Made by a program: the position numbers and the translations under genes | Source of the DNA: Lingula anatina | Lineage: Eukaryota; Animalia; Brachiopoda | Assembly: GCA_051362555.1 (NCBI GenBank) | Contig: CM120642.1 | Span: 7,874,001 to 7,938,000 of the forward strand | Direction of reading: 5' to 3' | DNA length: 64,000 nt | Shown here: in pieces, positions 52,959 through 64,000 of the stretch | How positions within the stretch are numbered: the stretch's first letter is position 1 | Layout: each line of letters opens with the position of its first letter | The notes under the pieces: generated by a model | Databases searched by the model: none | What the model saw: the letters and a program-made list of their open reading frames with translations, nothing else | Told to the model about the DNA's origin: nothing

Positions 52959-55900
52959 TTTTCAAACACCACCACTCACTTTTAATGATAGGTTCATTTC
53001 CCACTTCAAAAATAATTGGCACAGATAAAAATTACCTTTCTGCAAAAATGTTAATATTTTGAATGGAAAAAAATAAAACTTCATATTTATACTTTTCAAA
53101 CACCACCACTCACATTCTGTGCACATCTTCTGCACTGCACCTCATCCAAGCAGTCCCCAGCCACCTGCTTCAAGTTTTCACTGAGAGGGTTGTCTTTAAG
53201 GTCCAGCCACTTCAACTTTTTCAGGTAGCACATACCGACTGGAAGAGTGGTCAGTTGGTTACCAAGGAGATCAAGGTGCTCTAGTTTCTGTAGCAACCCT
53301 ATGTTGGATGGAATTTCTGTGAGGCTGTTCTTGCTCAGGTCTATTTTGACCAGGTAGTTCAGTTTGGTGCAGAAGTCATCCTGTAAAGAATATCAATGGA
53401 ATTTTAACATTTGTAATGGAGGGGAGGGGGGGGGAGCAAATGACCATAATTCTTACAGTCGGCATGACGTCACAAGATGGCCGCCACGCCCGGACTAGGG
53501 TAAAACAATCTGTAAGCTCCATTACTCCCCATGTTAAAATGATCAACTTTGATCATCTGTATCTCTCACACCGGTAGATAATTAAACTTGACAACTGTTT
53601 AATTATATCAACATAGGTATTTAGTGTCAGGAAATGGCCATCAAGGACCTTTTCTAGCATTGATGCCGATTTTATCAGCGATTGAAATGCACCTCTCTTA
53701 CACTGTAATTATATGAGCTGCAGTTACAGTTCTGATTGTTTTTCAGGTAAGAAGTTCCAATGGCTTTGTTATCGGATGAATCTGTCCACTGACAGCGATT
53801 GAACAGAACTTACCTGGATCCTCAAACAATCATAGAGCCCTTTGAGGTGGTTTCATGGGAAGAAAGTGATCTTATCAGTTGGTGTCATTGTAGCAAATAG
53901 AACTAAAACAGATATGATCTTCACAGGTGTGGTCATTGTATTTGTCTTTGAAAAGGGGGGCTGAAAGAAAGCTTTAATGACAATTTACTAGTCTGATTTT
54001 ATTACTGAAAGTACATGCCCTTTTGAGAATTTGAACAATTTTTTCTAGTAATTTTTTAATACCCATGTTGCTGCAGACAGAATTGAGATCATGGACAGAA
54101 TGAAATTTTTACATACTCAATAAATCATTTAATTATTGTACTATGAAGTGTGTAAATGGCAATAATGTGCTATTGGAACAGATAAGTAATACCTTATCTT
54201 TGTGATGTTGCACACTTTCATCAAGAGGATAGAACGCAAGAAAGGCTATCAATGCACATACTCCAGTATATGAACTGGAAGAAACAAGTGAGTGGAGCTG
54301 TTTGCTGAGTAAAATCTATTAACCCATGCAATTAGAAAAAACACTCAGCAATCAAATTTTTGTTATGGATTGGACACTACTGTTATATTTGCTTAAGTGT
54401 GATATAGAAATTCTAATTCATTTTTACTGTACAAATGTTAATTCAGAATGGAACTTTACAGCATATGTCAAGGAATTTTATAACTCCTTTCTTACATACC
54501 TTATACATGTAGATAGAAATAAAATGTAAATTTAAAGTCAACAAGTTTTATTGTATCTTTCATTTTGCATTTTGTTTAAGAATTCAAAGTGATTTATGAT
54601 GGTTAAATATGCATTCAATTCATATTTTTATAGATCATACTTTGTATTGTGATATTGAGTCTGATGTTCTAAAAATGAAAATGAAATCACTACTGTATAA
54701 ATTTATATTATTTTCTAAAGAAAAAAAAAACACCATGAACTTCATTTAGCATCAGAGTCAAAAATGATTTGTAGATTTTGACAATTTATAAAGATTTAAG
54801 TGAGGCTTTCATTCAAAACTTTTTGTTTAATTGGATAATTATGGATGAATCTATTTATGAAAAATAATTTTGGCAGGCCTCTAATGAAATTTTTTACGTT
54901 TTTGCAGAAATTATAAAAGCTAAAAAAGTATTTCATAGTCTCTTCAAACATAATCCAGACAACAGTAGAAAAATAAATTTTAATGAAAAACACAGCAGTG
55001 ACAAATTAAAATTCTTTTTGAAAGCACATTAATTGCATTACTTGAGACACCTGCTTCGAACACGACAGGACTGAGCAGTGCTACCCAAGCCTCCTTTTCT
55101 AGCTTATCAAATCTTTCAAACTGAGACCTCTAAAAGCAATATGAATATAATAGTTTTCTTTGTTTAGATAATGATTTTATTATACAAGAATTCTGACTGT
55201 ATATTAATGAACTGGGTGCGTATAGGTCATAGTGTCCCAGTAGGAAAAATTGCTTTAAAAATAGTACACTACCATCGTTGATAAAGTCGCCACTGACGCT
55301 AGATAATCCTTTTGATGGCAATTTCCCTGAGCTAAATACGTAAGTGAATATCAACAAACAGTTGTCATGCGTATTTGTTCACAGATATACTTGATACAGA
55401 CGATAAAATATACCTATTACAACATGCATCTGGTGTAAACTGAAATTGCAGCCCGTTGGAGGAGTGTTGGTATTATCGCTGATAAAATCACCATCAGCTC
55501 TAGAAAATCCTCCTGAGGCCCATTGACTGACGCTAAAAACCCTAGTGAATATAACCAAGTGGTTGTCACAAGTAATTGTCCTCTGGTCTGCTTGATATGA
55601 ACGATCAAAGTTCACCAATTTAACATTGAGAGTAATGGGCGCAAGCCAATGTTTTACCCTAGTCCAAAATGAGAGCCTCGTTCTGGGTTCAGTAATCCTG
55701 TAACCGACTGTAAGAATTCAGCAAAAGCAGATGCCAGGTTTTCATATCAGTATGGGCATCGCAAGTAAAATACTGATCAATATCTATGTAACATGTAACT
55801 AGTAGAATTTTTTAAAAAACTTACTGGTAAACTTTTAATCTGGTTACAAGATAAGTCCAAACGAGTTGCTTTCGGCAGGGCAACCTGGAATACAAAAGCA

Positions 55901-56259
55901 CCAAACATTATGAATAAGTTCAAGAAGATAATATAAATGTTCCTGTTACTAGTTAGTACCCTAAGCTAAAATTATTTTTATGCTTTATTTTACCATTCAT
56001 TTGAATTGTGAATGAACAGTCAAAGACAGAGCATTTCCATCATGTCTGACGATTTGTACTCGATAACCGCACTGCCCCTAAACATACTCTGTCAACCTCT
56101 CGCCTTTTCGCCAGACCGAACATTCAGTTGTTACCAAGATAGCTCTGTGATTCTGCAGAAAATACTTACAAGCTCTTTAACTGGGACTGTATCTAAATTA
56201 CTCAGGCTCAAGTCTAGCTCGTTGCCTTCCAGTTTATCCTTTAAGTTTTCTTTTGGCAT
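51242..56259 (-). CDS. LRRC59: Leucine-rich repeat-containing protein 59 (ER membrane LRR, coiled coil, C-terminal TM), 293 aa, 6 exons
   Basis: Exons 56259-56170, 55884-55825, 53380-53114, 52549-52477, 52198-51989, 51423-51242 (882 nt). [38 protein letters not shown] and [10 protein letters not shown]...[11 protein letters not shown] closely match LRRC59. Confidence 0.93.
53452..55714. mobile_element. 2.26-kb non-autonomous TIR element in LRRC59 intron 2 (possibly Sola-like)
   Basis: TIR CTTACAGTCGG/CCGACTGTAAG flanked by AATT on both sides; inverted subterminal GGACTAGGGTAAAACA; no ORF. Confidence 0.75.
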
Positions 56260-56309
56260 GATTTTAGAGTTTTTAAAGGGAACCACCGGCGAAATGACCA
56301 CCCAAACAC

Positions 56310-56610
56310 GCTTGGCGGAAGTTGTGCAACGTGACAGTACAGAGTTACATATACTTTATATGAAAAGTTTTGGAATATATTTTCACTGAGGTATGTACAA
56401 ATCTTGTATAGTCTGTAAATAATTGTTCAATTTGGCATTTTTTAGTTTAGAAAACTATTAAATTGATTTTTTAAAAAGATATATATACTATAAAATGCAA
56501 TAATCTTTATCGAAACTTTCGCTGTAAGAAAAGCACTTCCGGAGAAGCATGCGCAGTTTGATCCTGCTGATGATACGCACGTTTGATGCTGAGGTTTTGT
56601 AATGGTAAGT
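56310..56610. promoter_or_regulatory. Probable bidirectional housekeeping promoter (ETS and NRF1-type motifs)
   Basis: GGCGGAAGT (~56314) near the LRRC59 start; CACTTCCGG next to GCATGCGCA (~56534-56556); plus-strand ATG|GTAAGT at 56602-56610. Confidence 0.5.
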
Positions 56611-57794
56611 GTTTGAAGTTATCTCTCACAATTTGATGCCTAGAATAACAGTGCACTGAAAAGTGAATAGCTTTATTGAAATTTGGCAAAATTAGTAAAG
56701 GGTAACCAACGAAACAATCATTTGTTTTGCCAAAATGGCAACATCGTAAACCTATGCCCTTGAGGGAACAGTAGAAGAAATAAAATTGTTGTCACTATTT
56801 TGCAAGTTGCATCACCATTTGTGCAGCTTGACTCGATATTTTCAACGGCGCCTCACTCGTACCATAATGAAAACGAAGTGTGTTAGGACAGTGTACCCAT
56901 ATGAAAAGTAATATTATAACAAAAATGAAAACATTAAATATTTAAAATTTAAAACAACATTACAAAGTGATTGAGGTTCTCTTGCCATCATTGTGGGGCC
57001 AGACTGTAATGCACAATACAACACAGCACAGTGCAATATACTGGAAAAAATGAGACCAGTCGTAAGTTAACACAGGAAATGGTCATTCCCAACAAAACAG
57101 GGTGATATGAAATAGAAATATATTACTTGGTAATTTTTATCATTTGTACAACTTGGCAAATCAGCACAAAGCCACGGGGAGTACCAGTAGATGTCAGTCC
57201 GAAGTCTTGAACAAGAACTTCAATGTCAAATGAACAGTTGTTAAAAACAAAAGACCCAGGTATGGTGGATCGATTACTGTTTGTGTGTGCCACACAGGCC
57301 AAGTCCTAATTGCCCCTGAAGGTCACAAAACTCAGTTACTGACAGTTAGGCACCTCTTAATTATAAAAGTAATGTGTTTCCACTCCCTTGTTTGCCGTCA
57401 GGTTGGCCGTCATGTTTGTGAATGTCTCATCTTGGTGGGTATTAATGCCAAAAAGATAATATGATGATGAGACTATAATGCTCTTTATATCACAAGAATA
57501 CCTAAATCCACAGCAGCTAAGGCACTATAAAAGTCAAGGACTGTTACCCTTATAAATCCATTAAAATGATCTGGTTGAAATCTATGTTGAAAACAATTGC
57601 AAACCCCCTTTAAGGCAAGGCAGAAATCTACAGAGATTCTACCAAAAACTGGACTGGAACCACCTTAAGGACTCTAATATTTGTCTCCAGTCTGTTGACT
57701 TGTTCAGAGCAGCAGTTATCAGTGACTAATGTCCGCAGACACACATTTACCTATTGTGTCTAACAGGCCCTGTGACGATAACCATTGGCAACAT

Positions 57795-59379
57795 TATTTT
57801 TGTTTTTTATGTACAGACACAGATGTGTCTGTACATATTGCCATCACCTGCGTCTGTCGTCGCCGATGGCGATGGCGATGCCGATGCCGATGCCGATGCC
57901 GATGCCGGCGCCGTGCACTTTCCTTGTAAACACGATAAGTGGAGGGCAGTTTTACTTTTTGGCTTTATATTTACAGAGCTGATGAATATTCATAAAACGC
58001 AGGTCAAGTTCGAAAATCAGCATAATCGGGCCATTATTGTAGAAGTTTTCAGCATATTTTCAGCATATTTTTCACATTTCCTCAGATTCAATTCTTAGGC
58101 ATGTTAACAGTCTCATTATTAAACGAATAAGATACGTAAAAGTGTTTGTTTGACATTTCCTGCATCTTTACAACATTGTTAGTTGATTTTGTAAAAATGA
58201 TGGTAAACTTGTTATCGTGTATTGTGTAATAAAGTTTCAAAAATGGAAATAAACTCATATCATTGCAGTTTGTCAGATTCAATCATTCACTATGTTCAGA
58301 ATCTCAGAATGGAAGAAATTGGACATTTAACACTGCTCTGTTGATATTTTTCCCATCTCATCAATTTTCTTAGTTGATCATATAAAAATGGCAGTAAACT
58401 GTTAATTTTGTTTTATGTTAAAAATTGTTAAAAATGGAAAAAAAAAAAAAAACATTTCAGAACAGTGCTGTCTTGTTTACATTTTGGCATTTTCAAGTTG
58501 TGACTTTGAAGTTCCATGGGCCTGAAGACCTTTGCTAGTCACATTTTCTGAATATCCATGATACTAATATTTTATTATTAAAAATTGATGGTCATCATGC
58601 TGTTAAACATTATGTAATATTGCATCAAAATTTGAAAAAAACCTATTTTGGGCACTGCTCCCATGATGACCATTTAAGAAAAACCATGTCACTTACTGTT
58701 CTCAAACAGTACAGTAAATATATATAGATGTGTCTGTACATATTGCCATCACCTGCATCTGTCGTCCCCGTCATCGCCGTCGCTGGCGCCGTGCACTTTC
58801 ATTGTAAACACGATAAGTGGAAGGCAGTTTTACTTTTTGGCTTTATATTTATACAGCTGATGAATATTCATAAAACGCAGGTCAAGTTCGAAAATCAGCA
58901 TGATCGGGCCATTATTGTAGAAGTTATGCTTTATTTTTATGTACAGACACAGATGTGTCTCCACATTTTGCCATCACCTGCGTCTGTCGTTGCCGTCGCT
59001 GTCGTCGCCGTGCACTTTCCTTGTAAACACGATAAGTGGGAGGCAGTTTTACTTTTTGGCTTTATATTTACAGAGCTGATGAATATTCATAAAATGCAGG
59101 TCAAGTTCGAAAATCAGCATGATCGGGCCATTATTGTAGAAGTTATGCTGTTTTTTCCCTTTTTCAGCATATATGCAACACTGTTAACACATTTCAATGA
59201 AAACCTATAGGCCTGTTGTCATGAAACTCACAGGAAAAATTGATCTTACTAAAACGCAGGTCAAGTTCGAAAATTGGCATGATCGGGCCACTATTTTAGT
59301 AGTTATGCTTTTTATGTACAGACACAGATGTGTCTGTACATATAGCCATCATCTGCGTCTGTCGTCGCCGTCGTCGCTG

Positions 59380-59410
<31 letters not shown>

Positions 59411-62400
59411 GCACTTTTACCGATAACACGATAAGTGGAAAACCATTTTGCCTTTTGATTTGAAACTTGCAGAACTGATGAATATTCATAATACGCAGGT
59501 CAAGTTCGAAAATCAGCATGATCGGGTCACTCTTAGGGAATTTATGCTGTTTTTTCACTTTTTTCAACATATATGCAGCACCAATAACACGATAAGTGGA
59601 AAACCATTGTACCTTTTGGCTTGAAACTTACAGTACTGATGAATATTCATAATACGCAGGTCGAGTTCGAAAATCAGCATGATCGGGTCACTTATAGGGA
59701 ATTTATGCTGTTTTTTCACTTTTTTCAGCATATATGCAGCACCGATAACACGATAAGTGGAAAACCATTTTACCTTTTGGCTTGAAACTTACAGAACTGA
59801 TGAATATACATAATACGCAGGTCAAGTTCGAAAATCAGCGTGATTGGGTCATTTTTAGTGAATTTAGGCTATTTTTTATTCTCTTTTTTCAGCATATATG
59901 CAGCACCGATAACACCATAAATGGAAAACCATTTGACCTTTTGGCTTGAAACCTACAGAACTGATGAATATTCATAATACGCAGGTCAAGTTCGAAAATC
60001 AGCATGATTGGGTCATTTTTAGTGAATTTAGGCTATTTTTTCACTTTTTTTCAGCATTTTTGCAACACTGATAACACAATAAATGAAGAGCTGTTTTACC
60101 CTTTGGCTTGAAACTTACAGAACTGATAAATATTCATAATACGCAGGTCAAATTCGAAAATCAGCACGATCGGGTCACTTATAGGGAATTTATGCTGTTT
60201 TTTTTTCACTTTTTTCAGTATATATGCAACACTGATAACACAATATAAGAAAAACAGATTGGCCAATTGTCATTATACTCACAGGAGGGGCCAATCTTAC
60301 TAAAACGCAGGTTGAGTTTGAAAATCAGCATAATCAGTCCATTATTTTAAAAGGTAATGCTGTTTTTTCACATTTCCTCACATTCAATTCTTAGGCATGT
60401 TAACAGTCTCATTATTGAACTAATAAGATATGTAAATGTGTTTGTTTGGCATTTCCTGCATCTTTACAACATTGTTAGTTGATTTTGTAAAAATGATGGT
60501 AAACTTGTTATCATGTATTGTGTAATAAAGTGTCAAAAATGGAAATAAACTCATATCATTGCAGTTTGTCAGATGCATTCATCCACTATGTTCAGAATCT
60601 CAGAATGGAGGAAGTTGGGCATTTAAAACTGTTCTATTGATACTTTTCCCATCTCATCAATTTTCTTCATTGGTCATATAAAAATGGCAGTAAACTGTTT
60701 ATTTTGTTTTATGTTTAAAAAGTGTTAAAAATGGAAATAAACCCATTTCAGAACAGTGCTGTATTGTTTACATTTTGGCATTTTCAATATGTGACTTTGA
60801 AGTTCCATGGGCCTGAAGGCTTTTGCTAGTCACATTTTCTGAATAACCATGATACTAATATTTTATAATTAAAAATTGATGGTCATTATGATGGTTTTTT
60901 GTGAAAATTTAATTTTTCACTTATTGGCATTTTCAAGGTGTGACTTTGAAGTTCCATGATCCTGAAGACCTTTGCTTGTCACATTTCCTGAATATCCGTG
61001 ATACTAATATTTTATAATTAAAAATTGATGGTCAGTATGCTGTTAAACATTATGTAATGTTCAGCGTTTGACACTCGCACTCGCCAGCTCGCCAATGCGA
61101 GTTAAAATTAAATCTGGCGAGTGAAAATGATTGTGCAAGTCGCCATTTTGGCGATTTATGTCAACTTCTGTATCAAGTTTATCGGCAAAATTTAGACTCA
61201 ATTTAAGTCCGACTCGTATGCCAAAAATTACAGGGAAGTTCATGGGATTACCCTTACTGCTAACCTCGTTTTCACTCTCATAATCGTGATTGCTTGAAAG
61301 TTGGGAATTCCGTAATGACGTATTCACAGTCTCGCTGTCGTTTTTGAAAGCATCTAGCCTTCGTTTGCGCGCCGGATTTTGACGAAGTATAGGAAATGCT
61401 GTCTGTTTCGTTTCACTTGCGTCTTGCGATTTTGCGCAGTTGACGCTTCCGGGAGAAAACGTGATGCACGTGGATCATCAAGCTGCATGGAAAAGTTTTT
61501 AAAAATTTCAAAACGCCAAGTAGAAGAGACTGAGAGTGAGAGCGTCGCAGAATCGGCTTCAACTTCAAGTGGTAAGTAAACAAAATCAAAGCAGAAACGA
61601 AGTAATAGTCTGAGCTCTTTGACCCAACGCATGTTTTTGACGTTTTCTGATTTTTTTTCCTGAGCGGAACAAAAAAAGAAAAAAGGGGGGGAGGGGGTTA
61701 AATGCGTGCGACGTGCAACGTGTGTAGGGTAAGAGAAATTGAATTACATAGCGCACGCTATTACAGTACAGTGCAATACTATACAAATAATACAAAATAA
61801 TGAATTTTATTTCAACTCGGATACAATTGAATCTTTTAACAATCTCGTTAGGTTTTCAGCAGTTCACCGACTGCATCTCCGTCAGTGCGACTTACGGAGT
61901 TCACCCTGAATATCACAAGTTCTCTAATAATGATAGTGCTTAATTTAACCTCATTTTAATATTTATTTTGAAACGAGTATTTCTTTATATATATTTATTA
62001 AGACCCCATATCTGAACGGTCTACTTGTTTGTCCCAATTGTTGATTTTAACGTTGTTAAATGTTTAGCTCTTTTTCACATGTACCAGTAATTGATTATGT
62101 CTGACTCAGTGATTGTGTTGGCAGTCTTTAATAAACTTGACACTTAAAAATTGCAGGTACCAAACCAAAAACACCAAGAATTGAAAAAAGGGATGCAGTG
62201 ACAGTGATGAGGGGTTTGATGACAGTTATAGTGATTCAGATGAAGACATTGAAATGACTGAGAAGGATGTGGAGCAGTTTTTAAGACAAAATTGATCTTT
62301 ATACTGACTTTTATCTCTTCATCGGTATCAGGACAATTTCACCCCGGCCGATTCCCCCCAAAGAATATATATTTATGTACAAATATATAGTAAAGAGCAT

Positions 62401-64000
62401 GAAGCTTAAATCCTTGCATCTATTGTATGAATATTTCTTGGTGTGATGATGCAACTTAAAGATACAAAATATAAATTTCATTAAACAAATTATGTTCACG
62501 GAGTACAAGTTCAGAAATTTTAGAAATATAAGTACAGAAAATTTTATTAAAAATCTAATCAAAGTATCTCTAGGTAAAGTGGGGTAAATAAATATGCATA
62601 TAGTTTATGTTTAATTTAGATTAGAATGTGCGAAATCTGTAGACTAAAGAATAAACACAGTTCTAGGTTTAAAAAAGGTTTTAAATTTTTTTTCTTTATT
62701 TGCTTATGATAACATCTCCATCATGAGTCATTACCACATGGCCTGCACTTTGAATATTTGGCCAGTAACTTCGTAATAAAGCTGGCCAAAGTCTGGCTTG
62801 TGCATTTTCAGTTTGGCCAGTAACTTTCAGAGCACACTGGCCAAATTGGCCTGTACTATTTCAAACGAAGGTCAAACACTGAATGTTGCATCAAAATTTG
62901 AAGAAACCCCTATTTTGGGCACTGCTCCCATGATGACCATTTAACAAAAATCATGTCAATTACTGTTCTCAAACTTACAGGAAAGAAACATGGGTCTAAA
63001 ATACAGCTTCAGTTGGCAATGCAGTCTGTTTGGTAATTTTTTCTGGCAATTAAACAGTTTTTTGTGAAAATTTAATTTTTCACATATTGGCATTTCCAAG
63101 GTGCGACTTAGAACCTCCACGGGCTTGAAGACCCGTGCTAGTCACATTTTGTGAAAATCCATGACACTTATATTTTATTATTAAAAATCGATGGTCATTA
63201 TGCTGTTAAGCATTATGTAATGTTGCATCAAAATAGCAGAAAACACAATTTTTGGTGCTGCTGCCTTGATGACCATTATGGAAAAACCGTGTTACTTATG
63301 ACTGTCAAACTTTCAAAAAAGAAACACAGGACTAAAATGCAGCCTGAGTTAGAAAAGCAGTCTAATTGGCTTCTTTTTCTGGAAGTTATACATTTTAGTG
63401 TTATATTCATTATCTTTTTTGGCATATTCATTATGGGACTCGGAGCTCCCATGGACATGAAGCCAAATGGTAATCATATTTTCTACATGTCCATCCTATT
63501 TATAGTCAATAAACAAAAATTGGTGATAATTATTCTCTAATTTATTATGTAATGTTACATCAAAATTGACAATCTTTTTGCACTGCCACTGCAAACATTA
63601 TGAAAAGAAAACTGTGCTACTTATTATAATTTTAAACTTACAAGTACGATTTTTAGGATTGGCCTTCAGCTCATGAGAAAACCAGCTCTATCGGATTATC
63701 ATGTTTATTGTATTTATGCATTTTTTGTGAAATTTTCATTTTTCTCATTCTGGCACTTTCTAAGTATAAACTTGAACTCTGATGGGCCTGAAGCCTTATG
63801 CTTTTACTTTGTGTTACCTGTTGTGCATAAGTTGATGTTGACTGTGCAGTTAAACATAATGTATTATTGCATCAGGATTGGTAGTCTCCTATTTTGGGCA
63901 TTATGGTTTTGTGCTTTTCTTAAGGTGTGACTTATGGGCCTGAAGACCTTTGAGTGGGTCAGTCTGTAAATTACCCTTGGGTATCACTAGATTAATTTCA
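57795..64000 (+). repeat. Helentron/HINE-like composite region with hairpin + (GTCGCC)n heads and a ~160-bp tandem array
   Basis: Hairpin TATGTACAGACACA-GA-TGTGTCTGTACATA plus GTC/GCC microsatellite at ~57808, ~58726 (partial), ~58938 and ~59313. Monomers start at ~59424, 59585, 59746, 59909, 60072 and 60236. Block ~58020-58700 recurs at ~60310-61060. Confidence 0.75.
61062..62881 (+). mobile_element. hAT-like internally deleted transposon with 6-bp TSD, nested in the repeat region
   Basis: TIR CAGCGTTTGAC / GTCAAACACTG; AATGTT duplicated (61056-61061 and 62882-62887). The empty site tatgtaatgttgcatcaaaat is seen in a sister repeat (~63215). Residual exons MEKFLKISKRQ...STSSG|gtaag and an acidic tail at ~62190-62295. 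Confidence 0.85.

Noticed and set aside
57729-59570. ORFs of 65-160 aa with repeated peptides (HDKW...QVKFEN)
   Set aside because: Translations of the tandem repeat monomers; no domain, and frames are not conserved between copies.
59424-60240. Regularly spaced repeats resembling a CRISPR array
   Set aside because: Whole ~160-bp monomers are repeated with no unique spacers, there are no cas genes, and the context is eukaryotic.

Overview
Intron-rich, AT-rich animal genomic DNA that looks like a marine invertebrate, not a prokaryote. By hand-splicing on GT-AG sites with consistent phases I recover: the 5' part of a secreted EGF-domain gene running off the left edge (-); a complete 8-exon DEG/ENaC (ASIC-like) channel (-); an intron-containing tRNA-Arg(TCT) and a deleted pseudo-copy; a 4-exon TMEM26-like membrane protein (-); three paralogous 7-exon genes that each fuse an N-terminal signal/anchor, a JmjC (cupin, HxD...H) Fe/2OG oxygenase domain and a C-terminal aldo-keto reductase (AKR) fold; LRRC59 (-); and many non-autonomous DNA transposons with visible TIRs and TSDs, including a Helentron/HINE-like tandem-repeat region at the right end. 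The standout is the JmjC-AKR trio: the oxygenase iron triad is intact, the AKR domain has lost its catalytic Tyr and His, and the protein has features of a secretory-pathway enzyme. All family assignments come from motif recognition; no database search was run.
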